A stretch of DNA of 57,115 nt, taken from assembly GCA_016194455.1 (NCBI GenBank), contig JACQBN010000010.1:1-57115 (forward strand), in the 5' to 3' direction. The notes under the pieces were generated by a model. That model was not told the DNA's origin. It saw nothing but the letters and a program-made list of their open reading frames with translations, and searched no databases. Shown here piece by piece: positions 18,385 through 27,586 of the stretch (position 1 is its first letter; each line of letters opens with the position of its first letter). The translations under genes and the position numbers were made by a program. The DNA comes from Candidatus Kaiserbacteria bacterium (GTDB taxonomy: Bacteria; Patescibacteriota; Minisyncoccia; Phycocordibacterales; Phycocordibacteraceae).

Positions 18385-19242
18385 ATGCCACGGATCGGAT
18401 TCATCGGGCAGGGATATGTCGGCAAGTCGCATGCCGACGATTTTGCACGCCGCGGATATGCGGTAGTACGCTATGCGAAGGAGGCGCCCTATGCCGGCAA
18501 TCAGAGAGCGATTACCGGTTGTCACGTTGTATTCATCGCCGTGCCGACCCCGACTACGCCCGCAGGCGTCGATCTCTCCATCGTAGAATCGGTCATTCCG
18601 CTTGCGCGCGCGGGCGCTACGGTAGTTATCAAGTCCACGCTGCCGCCCGGCACGACCGAGAAGCTCGCGAAGCGGTTCCCCGACCGGTTCATCCTGCACG
18701 CGCCGGAATTCTTGCGCGAAACGCGCGCAGCCGAAGACGCCGCACGCCCCGAACGCGTTATCATCGGGATCCCGCGGGATACGTCCGAGTATCGGGCGCG
18801 CGCTGAAGCGGTGCGCTCGATGTTACCGCGCGCGCCCTTTACGCGAATTGTTCCCGCGCGCGCCGCCGAGCTCGTGAAGTACGCGGGGAATGTTTTCTTG
18901 TACCTGAAGGTCGTGTACGCGAACCTGCTCTACGATCTCGCCCGCGCCACGGGAGTCGCACATGAAGATCTTTCCACGATGCTCGCTGCAGACCCGCGCA
19001 TCGGCCCCTCACATCTCACGGTCATCCACGCAAGCGGACACACGAATCAAAAGGGCCGCGGTGCGGGCGGGCACTGCTTTATCAAAGACTTTGAGGCGTT
19101 CCGACGGCTCTACGGGGCGAGTGTCAGCGACAGCGAGGGCTGCCTGCTTCTCGAAGCCCTGAAGAACAAAAATAACGACCTTCTGCGGGAGAGCGGCAAA
19201 GATCTCGATCTCTTGGCAGAGGTCTACGGGCCGCTTCCGTAG
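18385..19242 (+). CDS. UDP-glucose/GDP-mannose dehydrogenase family (short form)
   Basis: GQGYVG, VPTP, IKST, PEFLRE, KYAGN, GGHCFIKD. Confidence 0.88.
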   Translation: MPRIGFIGQGYVGKSHADDFARRGYAVVRYAKEAPYAGNQRAITGCHVVFIAVPTPTTPAGVDLSIVESVIPLARAGATVVIKSTLPPGTTEKLAKRFPDRFILHAPEFLRETRAAEDAARPERVIIGIPRDTSEYRARAEAVRSMLPRAPFTRIVPARAAELVKYAGNVFLYLKVVYANLLYDLARATGVAHEDLSTMLAADPRIGPSHLTVIHASGHTNQKGRGAGGHCFIKDFEAFRRLYGASVSDSEGCLLLEALKNKNNDLLRESGKDLDLLAEVYGPLP

Positions 19243-19269
19243 AGCGTGGGACCGCGTAGAATAGGTCCT

Positions 19270-20367
19270 ATGCGTATCATTATCGCGGCTCCTCTTTACC
19301 CCCCCGAAATCGGCGGGCCCGCCACCTATGCAAAAATTCTTGAGGAGGAGTTGCCCAAGCGCGGAATAGAAGTGGCGCTCGTGAAGTTTTCCGAAGTTCG
19401 CCGCCTGCCGAAGCTCCTTCGGCACTACGCCTACTTCAAAAAAGTTCTGCGCGCGGCGCGAGGCGCGGACGTTGTGCTCGCACTCGACCCGGTCTCGGTC
19501 GGACTTCCGGCGCTGAAAGCGGCGCAGCGGGCGGGAAAGCCATTTATCGTAAAAATCGTCGGGGATTACGCGTGGGAGCAAGGGCGACAGCGTTTCGGTG
19601 TTAAAGAAGATCTAAATACGTTCGTTGCGGCGAGGCAGAAATCTTTTTTTATCCGTATGCTGCAGAAAATACAAACCCGCGTCGCGCGGAGCGCGACGCG
19701 GGTCATCGTACCGAGTGAGTATTTGAAGGGAATCATCTGCCACTGGGGAATCCAAAGAGAGAAGATCGAGGTTATCTATAATGCAGTGTCTCTTGAAACA
19801 CCCGGAACGATTCCCACGGCCGTGGCTGCTTTACCGCGCCCGCTCATCGTCTCTGCGGGCCGCCTCGTGCCGTGGAAGCACTTCGACGGCGTCATTGATG
19901 CGGTCGCGCTCTTGCGCGGGAGAGGCATCGCTGCATCGCTGGCGATTGTCGGCGACGGGCCGCTTCGCTCGGGGCTTGAAGAGCGGGCGCGAGAGAAGCT
20001 CGGCAACTCATGCGTTTTTACCGGTTCGCTCGCGCACAAGGACGCGCTCGCAGTCCTCAAGAGCGCAGAGATCTTTGTCCTCAATTCTTCCTACGAAGGA
20101 CTTTCGCATTTTCTTATTGAAGCCCTGTCGCTTGGTGTACCAAGCATTGCGACCGACGTTGGGGGGAATCCGGAGGTCATAACACAAGCAGAGAACGGAC
20201 TTTTAGTACCCGTTGGCGACACGGGAGCGCTGGCGAGCGCACTAAGTCATGTCATCAGCGAGGACGCTACCCGCGCGCGGATTGCAGAGCGTGCTAAGGA
20301 ATCAGCGAAACGCTTCTCGTTGGGAGCGATGATCACCGCGACCGTCGGACTCCTCCAATCACTGTGA
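19270..20367 (+). CDS. GT4 glycosyltransferase
   Basis: GRLVPWK, NSSYEGLSHFLIEA, TDVGGNPE. Confidence 0.92.
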   Translation: MRIIIAAPLYPPEIGGPATYAKILEEELPKRGIEVALVKFSEVRRLPKLLRHYAYFKKVLRAARGADVVLALDPVSVGLPALKAAQRAGKPFIVKIVGDYAWEQGRQRFGVKEDLNTFVAARQKSFFIRMLQKIQTRVARSATRVIVPSEYLKGIICHWGIQREKIEVIYNAVSLETPGTIPTAVAALPRPLIVSAGRLVPWKHFDGVIDAVALLRGRGIAASLAIVGDGPLRSGLEERAREKLGNSCVFTGSLAHKDALAVLKSAEIFVLNSSYEGLSHFLIEALSLGVPSIATDVGGNPEVITQAENGLLVPVGDTGALASALSHVISEDATRARIAERAKESAKRFSLGAMITATVGLLQSL

Positions 20368-21290
20368 AAGTCCTAATGATCAGCGGCGACCCTACCTTGC
20401 TTGATCCGAAGAGCCGGGCCTTCGGGCGTTTAGAGCTACAGCGCGCACAGGTCGAGCGGCTCGATGTTTTCGTATGGCCCCAGATACATTCGCTCGGAAC
20501 CATTTTAAAGGCCGTCCACGGTCAGCACTACGATGTCGTGACTGCGCAGGACCCCTTCTGGCGCGGGCATCTCGCGTGGCATCTGGCGCGTCGGATGCAC
20601 GCCCGACTCAATCTGCAGGTCCACACCGATCTTGCCGCACAGCCGTGGTGGCGGCTCGTTTGGGCCTACGTCCAACTGCGCCGCGCGGACTCGGTGCGCG
20701 TTGTTTCGGAGCGACTGAAGAAAGAAATGGCGTCTCACATTCGCGCACCTATTTTCGTTGTGCCGATTTATATTGACCTCGCGCCTTTCTTGGGACTCGC
20801 ACACACACACAATCCGCGTTTTGAGAAAACGATTCTCTGGATCGGACGTTTCGAAGCGGAGAAAGATCCCGAGAATGCGCTCGCCGTGCTCAAACAGGTT
20901 CGCGCTGCGGGCGTAGACGCGGGGTTGATACTGCTTGGCGCGGGAAGTGAAGACGCGAGGCTGCGAAGCGAAGCGAGACGCCTTACCTTGCCAGTGGAAT
21001 TCCCCGGCTGGCAAAATCCCTTACCGTATCTGCAAATGGCAGACGTTGTCCTCTCTACCTCTCGGTTTGAGAGCTACGGGGCGAGCATCATTGAAGCTTT
21101 GGCGGCTGGGGTGCCGGTGGTCGCGCCTAATGTTGGTATTGCGAAGGAAGCCGGTGCGATTGTCGTGCCACGCTCAAACCTCGCTGCCGCGGTGCTCGAA
21201 GTATTGCGCAGCGGCAGGCGGGGGAAGCTCCTGCTCTCGATGCCAAGCGCACAAGAGTGGGCAAAACGCTGGCGCGAGACGCTGATATGA
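20364..21290 (+). CDS. GT4 glycosyltransferase
   Basis: GRFEAEK, SRFESYGASIIEALAAG; GTG start overlapping the previous stop. Confidence 0.9.
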   Translation: MKVLMISGDPTLLDPKSRAFGRLELQRAQVERLDVFVWPQIHSLGTILKAVHGQHYDVVTAQDPFWRGHLAWHLARRMHARLNLQVHTDLAAQPWWRLVWAYVQLRRADSVRVVSERLKKEMASHIRAPIFVVPIYIDLAPFLGLAHTHNPRFEKTILWIGRFEAEKDPENALAVLKQVRAAGVDAGLILLGAGSEDARLRSEARRLTLPVEFPGWQNPLPYLQMADVVLSTSRFESYGASIIEALAAGVPVVAPNVGIAKEAGAIVVPRSNLAAAVLEVLRSGRRGKLLLSMPSAQEWAKRWRETLI

Positions 21291-23068
21291 AACTCCTTAT
21301 TGTCACGCAAGCAGTGGATACGGACGACCCCGTGCTCGGGTTCTTCCATCGTTGGATTGAAGAGTTCTCCAAACACCTCGAGCATATCGAAGTCATTTGT
21401 CTGAAGGAGGGGAAACATCATCTGCCGACAAACGTACGCGTCTACTCTTTGGGGAAAGAACACGGAGCAGGAACCAAGCTTGGTTACGCAGTGAAGTTTC
21501 TTTCGCTCGCGTGGCGGCTCCATGGAGACTACGACGCGGTCTTTGTGCACATGAATCAGGAATACATTCTCATCGCCGGCTGGCTCTGGACGCTTCTCGG
21601 TAAACGCGTCTACCTTTGGCGCAACCACTATGTCGGATCAGGGCTTACCGATCTCGCTGCGGCATTTTCTACCAATATTTTCTATACGTCAGCACACTCC
21701 TACACCGCGCGGTACGACAACGCGCTCCCTATGCCCGTCGGCGTGGATACCGAGCGGTTTGCCTGTGACAAGCAGCTCCGGCGCACGCCGCATTCCATCC
21801 TATTTCTCGCCCGCATGGCGCCCTCAAAACGCCCGGAGATGCTCATCGAGGCGCTTGCAATCCTCGCGCGCGGTGGCGTTCACTTCGCTGCTTCACTGGT
21901 CGGCTCGCCGCTGCCGCAGGACACCGCCTACTACGAAAGCCTTAGAGAAAAAGTCCGCGGGCTCGGGCTCGCGGATACAGTCTCGTTCATCCCCGGGGTG
22001 CCAAACGCTCAGGCGCCAGAGCTCTACCGCACCCACGAGATATTCGTTAACGCCTCGCCTTCCGGCATGCTCGACAAAACGCTCTTCGAGGCGGCCGCCT
22101 CTGGTTGTCGGGTGCTTGCCGCAAGCGCCGACTTCGCCGCTCTCGCCGGGCCCGAATCGCACTTTACCTCCGCCCCCGAGCTCGCGAAGCGGCTTGCCGC
22201 AGCGCTTCGGGCGGGCACTCCACCCGCGCCTCCAGATTTTATACACACGAATGACCTCGATGCGCTTGGCGCACGCCTCGCGAAAGTTCTTGCGCGACGC
22301 CCACGCCCCTTGCGCTCGCTCGCCTGGCGCGTTCTCGCTATCCTCGCGCACCTGGCTCCGCACCAGCCGCGCATGACGGTTCTCCTCTACCACTCCATCT
22401 CTGATGCGGACGATTTCTTCGCGGTTTCACCGCCCGAATTCAATCGGCAGATGCAGTATCTGACGACTCAATTCGAGCTCGTACCGCTTGCGAGGGCCTT
22501 CCGCCACGCGGCAGGGGAGCGGGTTAGGCGCGACAGCGTTGCTGTCACTTTCGACGATGGCTACCGCGACTTCGCCACCACGGCGCTCCCGATCCTGAAA
22601 CGCCACAAGATTCCTACGACCGTCTTCGTGCTCGGGGACTCGCCAGATCGCGCCGAACTTGGGAACAATCATCCGCTTCTCGCTCCCGCCGATTTCTTCG
22701 CGCTCCCTCACCCGTTCATCACGGTCGGTAGCCACGGCCTGACCCACAGGAAGCTGACTAAAATCCCGCTTCCAGAAGCGCGAAAAGAAATGGAAGAGTC
22801 GCGCCGAGTAGTCGAGCAGCGCACCGGCGCTTCAAGCTCCTACCTCGCGTACCCGAAGGGGAGCTATAGCCCGGCCGTGATGCGCGCCGCGCAAGAGGCG
22901 GGGTACGAGGGCGCGGTGAGCGTTGTTGAGCGGGGCGTCCACGAGAGCGACGATCGCTACGCGCTGCCGCGCGTCCAAGTTGATTCCTCAACCACGCCGA
23001 TCGAATTTCGCGCGAAACTCTCTCCCGCGGCCGATTGGTACTACGCACTATGGAAACTGCTCCACTAA
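21287..23068 (+). CDS. GT4 glycosyltransferase fused to polysaccharide deacetylase (CE4)
   Basis: ARMAPSK, DKTLFEA; then VLLYHSI, TFDDG, GSHGLTH, AYPKG. Confidence 0.9.
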   Translation: MKLLIVTQAVDTDDPVLGFFHRWIEEFSKHLEHIEVICLKEGKHHLPTNVRVYSLGKEHGAGTKLGYAVKFLSLAWRLHGDYDAVFVHMNQEYILIAGWLWTLLGKRVYLWRNHYVGSGLTDLAAAFSTNIFYTSAHSYTARYDNALPMPVGVDTERFACDKQLRRTPHSILFLARMAPSKRPEMLIEALAILARGGVHFAASLVGSPLPQDTAYYESLREKVRGLGLADTVSFIPGVPNAQAPELYRTHEIFVNASPSGMLDKTLFEAAASGCRVLAASADFAALAGPESHFTSAPELAKRLAAALRAGTPPAPPDFIHTNDLDALGARLAKVLARRPRPLRSLAWRVLAILAHLAPHQPRMTVLLYHSISDADDFFAVSPPEFNRQMQYLTTQFELVPLARAFRHAAGERVRRDSVAVTFDDGYRDFATTALPILKRHKIPTTVFVLGDSPDRAELGNNHPLLAPADFFALPHPFITVGSHGLTHRKLTKIPLPEARKEMEESRRVVEQRTGASSSYLAYPKGSYSPAVMRAAQEAGYEGAVSVVERGVHESDDRYALPRVQVDSSTTPIEFRAKLSPAADWYYALWKLLH

Positions 23069-23904
23069 CCAGTCCGGTGCCGAGCGCGGATAAGGTCCCG
23101 TGCTCCGTCGGGATGCTCACCTTCAACTCCGCCCGCGTGCTCCGCCGGGCGCTCGAGAGCGTCAAAGACTTCGACGATATCATCCTCTGCGACGGCGGTT
23201 CAACCGATGAGACCACGAGAATAGCTGAGGAGTATGGCACACGCGTCATCCTGCAGGATGCGGAATACAAAATGCCGGGCGGCAATCGGCTCATCAATAT
23301 GGGGGGAGCGCGCGCCCAGATGATCGAGGCAGCGAAGAACGAGTGGTTCCTGATGATTGATTCGGACGAGAGCATTTCGCCGGGGCTCCACGACGACATC
23401 GCCCGCATCGCGCGCGCGCCGTATCGAGCAGGCGACCCGCTCGCCTACCGCATCCCGATCCGGTTCTTTTTCGCCGGGCGGCTGATCAAGCATTCCTCCA
23501 ACTATCCTGGCTACCAGCCGCGCCTCTTTAGCAAAAAAAGCGGCGGCCGCTACACGCGCGTCATGCACAACCGCATGGAGTTCAATGCTGGCGTGCCGAT
23601 CGGCACCCTCGCCTATCCCTGGTACGTCTATCTTGAGAGGGAAGACATCGGCATCTTCAGGGCGGAGCGCGGTTGGTACCGCAGGGTGGAAGTCGAGGAG
23701 GCCTGCAAGCGCACGTTGCCTGACTTCATGCGCTACGTCGTCTTCTGGCACCTGAAGGCCGCCGCGGGGATCGCGGGGCGCTCGCTCTACCTCTACTTGC
23801 GATATGGATTCAAGGACACGATGCCGCTCCAGGTTGAGATCGGCCGCACGCTCGGGCCCCTGATTCTCATCCTGAAAGCGACGTTGTGCCGCACCCAAAA
23901 ATAG
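23050..23904 (+). CDS. GT2 glycosyltransferase
   Basis: LTFNS, DGGSTD, IDSDE (DxD), YPGYQPRLF. Confidence 0.9.
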   Translation: METAPLTSPVPSADKVPCSVGMLTFNSARVLRRALESVKDFDDIILCDGGSTDETTRIAEEYGTRVILQDAEYKMPGGNRLINMGGARAQMIEAAKNEWFLMIDSDESISPGLHDDIARIARAPYRAGDPLAYRIPIRFFFAGRLIKHSSNYPGYQPRLFSKKSGGRYTRVMHNRMEFNAGVPIGTLAYPWYVYLEREDIGIFRAERGWYRRVEVEEACKRTLPDFMRYVVFWHLKAAAGIAGRSLYLYLRYGFKDTMPLQVEIGRTLGPLILILKATLCRTQK

Positions 23905-23932
23905 TTATAATAATGCGATTCCGAACTCTTAC

Positions 23933-24937
23933 ATGAAAATCCTTGTCTATTTCTCCGGCAAGTTGAACGAGCCCCGGGGCACGCCCATCCGCACGCGCAA
24001 TCAGATCAAAGAGCTCACGAAGAACGGATTCGATGTTTTTTATGCGGGTCACGACGTCCCCGAGGGATTCGCGCCCGAGCGCGTGCTGATGCTCGCCCCG
24101 CCCCTCCGCCGCTTCGGGCAGCTCGCGCGTTTCGTGCGCGAGGAAGGGATTGCTATCGTCTATATGCAGACGAGCGCCGGTATCTGGTATGCGCCCTGGC
24201 TGCGATTCTTCACCAGCGCGAAGGTCGGCATCGACTTCCACAGCCGCCGGTATCAGGAGGAGCACGTCTATAAAAAGCGCGCGACGGCGCTGACCGCCGT
24301 TCTTGAATGGCTTGAGCTCTTTTTGGCACGCTCGCTCCACTTCGGCACGGCGGTGTCGCACACGATCAGAGATTACTATCTGCATTCAGTGCCCAGATTT
24401 CTTGTTCTGCCGGTGGGCGTAGATACCACACTTTTTTCTTCAACGATAACACCGCGGCCCGATGTTGCACTCTGGAAGGGCAATGCAACGCTTCTCGGCT
24501 ACGCGGGGAACACGAAGTGGTACCAGGGAGTCGAAGATGTGCTCGAGGCGTTCCGCAAGGCGGTGAAGGCCAGATCCGGAGCATTCAAGTTCCTCGTCAT
24601 CGCGAGCTCGGGGAGCGAGGACGTAGAGAAGTACGCGAAGGAGCACGGCATTGGGAACGACCTTATGATTCTCGACAAACAGCCGCACGCGGAGATCCCC
24701 ACGCTCCTTGCCGCCGCAGACATCCTCACGGTCGTGCGGCCCTCGGATCCGGTCACGGAATATTCCTTCCCCTCCAAATTGCCGGAATATGCCGCGCTCG
24801 GCAAGGCGCTGATCGTCAGCCGCGTGAGCGACATCGGCTCCTACATCAAGAACGGGGAGAACGGCATGATCGTCGCGCCCGGGGACGCCGCCGCGCTTGA
24901 GCGGGCACTTCTCGCACCTGAAGACGCGTTTTCTTAA
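23933..24937 (+). CDS. GT4 glycosyltransferase, probably C-terminally truncated
   Basis: YAGNTKWYQG, FPSKLPEYAALG; stops at ERALLAPEDAFS without the usual last helices. Confidence 0.8.
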   Translation: MKILVYFSGKLNEPRGTPIRTRNQIKELTKNGFDVFYAGHDVPEGFAPERVLMLAPPLRRFGQLARFVREEGIAIVYMQTSAGIWYAPWLRFFTSAKVGIDFHSRRYQEEHVYKKRATALTAVLEWLELFLARSLHFGTAVSHTIRDYYLHSVPRFLVLPVGVDTTLFSSTITPRPDVALWKGNATLLGYAGNTKWYQGVEDVLEAFRKAVKARSGAFKFLVIASSGSEDVEKYAKEHGIGNDLMILDKQPHAEIPTLLAAADILTVVRPSDPVTEYSFPSKLPEYAALGKALIVSRVSDIGSYIKNGENGMIVAPGDAAALERALLAPEDAFS

Positions 24938-24951
24938 CCGGCTCGTGTAAT

Positions 24952-24984
24952 AAAAAGTCCCGCAATCAAAGGCGATTGCGGGAC
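24952..24984 (-). terminator. intrinsic terminator of the minus-strand cassette
   Basis: GTCCCGCAATC-gccttt-GATTGCGGGAC-TTTTT on the minus strand. Confidence 0.8.
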
Positions 24985-25032
24985 AGCATTGTCGGCATTT
25001 GTGGCTCCCCCGACCCCGTTGTCCGTCCGGTC

Positions 25033-25572
25033 CTACCGGTCCGTATACAGCGACCGCAGGATGAGAACGGTCTCGACCGTGCAGGGATCAAACAACTTCC
25101 CCTCAATGGCGAGCCTCGCGGCCTCACGGAGACTCATCAGTCGCGTGTGGCACCCGGGCGAGAGCCGTGCATCCTCCACTTTCGAATATTCATCGCACGT
25201 GAACATCTGTACGGGGACTTTTGCGACGCTGTAGGAGGTCGCCTCCCGCAGGAGACGCAGCCGTTTCGGAAGAATGATTCCGGCCTTGCTTCTGGCAAAT
25301 GCGCGGACACATTCTTCCGGGCTCATGCCGCGTTGATACCCCCCGATCGCCTTGATGACCGGCTTCCCGTCTGTTTCTGGACGCCCCTCTTGTTCGAGGA
25401 GGACGACGCCGCACTCGTTGCCGGCGAAGTGGTCACCAATCATTGGAACCATTGGAACAACGCAGGCGGCCGGGGCCGTCTCGATCATGGGATACGCCGC
25501 AACCCCCGCCCCTTCTTGGACCACCTTAAGCGTGGCGCGCATGTAGGGCGTCTCAAACAATTGAATGTCCAT
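25033..25572 (-). CDS. NudF-like Nudix-fold protein with degenerate Nudix box
   Basis: AACVVP...VVLLEQ.GRP, GGYQRGMSPEECVRAFARSKAGI, GKLFDPCT; SD GGGAGG before ATG 25572. Confidence 0.65.
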   Translation of the reverse strand: MDIQLFETPYMRATLKVVQEGAGVAAYPMIETAPAACVVPMVPMIGDHFAGNECGVVLLEQEGRPETDGKPVIKAIGGYQRGMSPEECVRAFARSKAGIILPKRLRLLREATSYSVAKVPVQMFTCDEYSKVEDARLSPGCHTRLMSLREAARLAIEGKLFDPCTVETVLILRSLYTDR

Positions 25573-25613
25573 GTAGGACCTCCCTATAAATAGGGGACAA
25601 ACTCCCCAATAAG

Positions 25614-25642
25614 AAGATAGCATACCCAATAAAATATGTCAA
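25614..25642 (-). promoter_or_regulatory. sigma70 promoter TTGACA-17-TATCTT
   Basis: Minus-strand consensus -35 with TGc extended -10. Confidence 0.75.
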
Positions 25643-25680
25643 GCCCCGGGGATGAGCTGGTATTCTTGCAGTACGTGTCT

Positions 25681-26514
25681 ATGGAATCCCCGACCGGATA
25701 TGTCGCGATGTGGGATGCGTTCGCCAAGAGGAAGGCGGGTGCGTACCTCACCGATAAATACGCGCTCACGAATATCGTGGGGCTGGTCGGGTGCGCGCGC
25801 GAGCATGAGATCCTCCGTCTCCTCGAGCTGAAGAAGGCAGACGTGCTACTTGATCTCGGTTGCGCCTCGGGGCATCAGGTCTTCGCTTCCGCTCCTTTTG
25901 TGAAGCGGGCGGTCGGCATTGACGTTGCACAAGACTTCATAGATACGGCGAAGCGATTTGCCGTGGAGCACGGTGTCAAAAATGCGGAGTTCCTCTCTAC
26001 CGATGGCGGCGCTATCCCGTTTCCGGACGCCACCTTCACCAAGCTCATTTGCTCCGAGGTGATCGAGCACTTGATTGATCCGCTTCCGCTTCTGGCCGAG
26101 ATCAAACGCGTGCTTACCCCGGGCGGCACCGCGGTCTTCACTGTCCCCAACTGGAACTCTCGCGGCACCCTCTATAAGCGCCTCCTCCACGGTTTCCAGG
26201 AGCCGCCTTTCACGCCCATCACGCAGTTTTCGCTCACGAGCCTGGAGAGCCACGGTGACGCGCACGTTCGGCAGTACTCACTCCGCACCTTCCGCGAGCT
26301 CGTGGAGTCCGCAGGCCTCACGGCGGATTATGTGGGCGGCGCGGGCTACCTTGACGGCCCGCATATCGGCCGGATCATAGAGATCACGAATCGCCTTGGT
26401 TTCTTCCGCTGGTTCACCTTTTCTTTTGAGAAATTTTGCGCGCGCGTACCGTTCTTCAAGGCCTTGAGCCGCCACGTTGTGCTCAAGGCGCACAAGGCCA
26501 CCTTGCAACCTTAG
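25681..26514 (+). CDS. class I SAM-dependent methyltransferase
   Basis: LLDLGCASG, GIDVA, CSEVIEH, LTPGG, TVPN. Confidence 0.9.
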   Translation: MESPTGYVAMWDAFAKRKAGAYLTDKYALTNIVGLVGCAREHEILRLLELKKADVLLDLGCASGHQVFASAPFVKRAVGIDVAQDFIDTAKRFAVEHGVKNAEFLSTDGGAIPFPDATFTKLICSEVIEHLIDPLPLLAEIKRVLTPGGTAVFTVPNWNSRGTLYKRLLHGFQEPPFTPITQFSLTSLESHGDAHVRQYSLRTFRELVESAGLTADYVGGAGYLDGPHIGRIIEITNRLGFFRWFTFSFEKFCARVPFFKALSRHVVLKAHKATLQP

Positions 26515-26542
26515 GCCGTTCTTGCTAGTTTTACGGCTATAC

Positions 26543-27586
26543 ATGGGCCCCAAAGACTCGCATGCTCGGTATGCCTCTGCAACTCATGGCAAAACGATAC
26601 TCATCACCGGCGGCACCGGCTCCTTCGGCAACGCGACGGTGCGGCGCCTGCTCGGGCAAGATGGGGTGAAGAAGATCGTTGTCTTTTCCCGCGACGAGGA
26701 GAAACAGCACCGCATGCGCCAAATGTTCCGTGATGAGCGCCTCGACTTTATCGTGGGGGACGTGCGCGACACGGACGCCCTCTTCCACGCGATGCGCGGC
26801 ATTGATGTCATCTTCCACGCCGCAGCTCTCAAGCAAGTCCCGACCGGAGAATTTTATCCGCTCGAGATGGTGAAGACAAACATCATCGGCACGCACAACG
26901 TGATTGATGCTGCAGTCCGCAGCGGGGTTGTCCAAAAGGTCGTGCTCCTCTCCACCGACAAGGCCGTCTATCCCATCAATGCCATGGGCATGTCGAAGGC
27001 CGTCGCCGAGAAGGTCGTGATGGCTCGCGCTCGCGCCCACATCGAACCGACATTCTGCACCGTCCGCTACGGCAACGTGATGGCGACGCGCGGCTCGGTG
27101 ATTCCGCTGTTCATTGAACAGATGAAAATGGGTAAACCAATCACCGTCACGAATCCCTCCATGACCCGTTTCATGCTCTCTATTGATGACGCGATTGACC
27201 TCGTGCTCCTCGCGATTGACAAAGGGGAGCGCGGCGACCTTTTCGTGAAGAAGTCGCCGGCATCCACCATCGGCGACCTCGCTCGGGCGGTCGTTGAGAT
27301 TTTTGGCTCGAAGAACGGCGTGGAGCAGATCGGGATGCGGGCAGGAGAGAAGCTCCACGAGACCCTGCTGACCGCGCTTGAACTCGCGCGCGCGGAGGAT
27401 CTCGGCGATTTCTATCGGATCCGGAACGTCGCCGAATATGATTATCGGAAGTTTTATGAGGAGGGAGCGGTGAATAAGCTCCCTGCCGACTTCACCTCCG
27501 AGAACACGCGCCGCTTGAACTATGCGGAAACGAAGGCGCTGGTTGCCTCGCTCGACGAAGTTAAGCAGGAACTCGCCGCGCGATGA
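26543..27586 (+). CDS. fnlA: UDP-GlcNAc 4,6-dehydratase/5-epimerase (FnlA/CapE/WbjB)
   Basis: TGGTGSFG, FSRDEEKQ, HAAALKQVP, STDKAVYPINAMGMSKA, RYGNVMATRGSVIP, GEKLHE. Confidence 0.9.
   Translation: MGPKDSHARYASATHGKTILITGGTGSFGNATVRRLLGQDGVKKIVVFSRDEEKQHRMRQMFRDERLDFIVGDVRDTDALFHAMRGIDVIFHAAALKQVPTGEFYPLEMVKTNIIGTHNVIDAAVRSGVVQKVVLLSTDKAVYPINAMGMSKAVAEKVVMARARAHIEPTFCTVRYGNVMATRGSVIPLFIEQMKMGKPITVTNPSMTRFMLSIDDAIDLVLLAIDKGERGDLFVKKSPASTIGDLARAVVEIFGSKNGVEQIGMRAGEKLHETLLTALELARAEDLGDFYRIRNVAEYDYRKFYEEGAVNKLPADFTSENTRRLNYAETKALVASLDEVKQELAAR

Noticed and set aside
18385-19242. Pseudogene call for the short sugar dehydrogenase
   Set aside because: NAD-binding and catalytic Lys/Cys motifs are intact and the frame ends cleanly before the next gene's -10.
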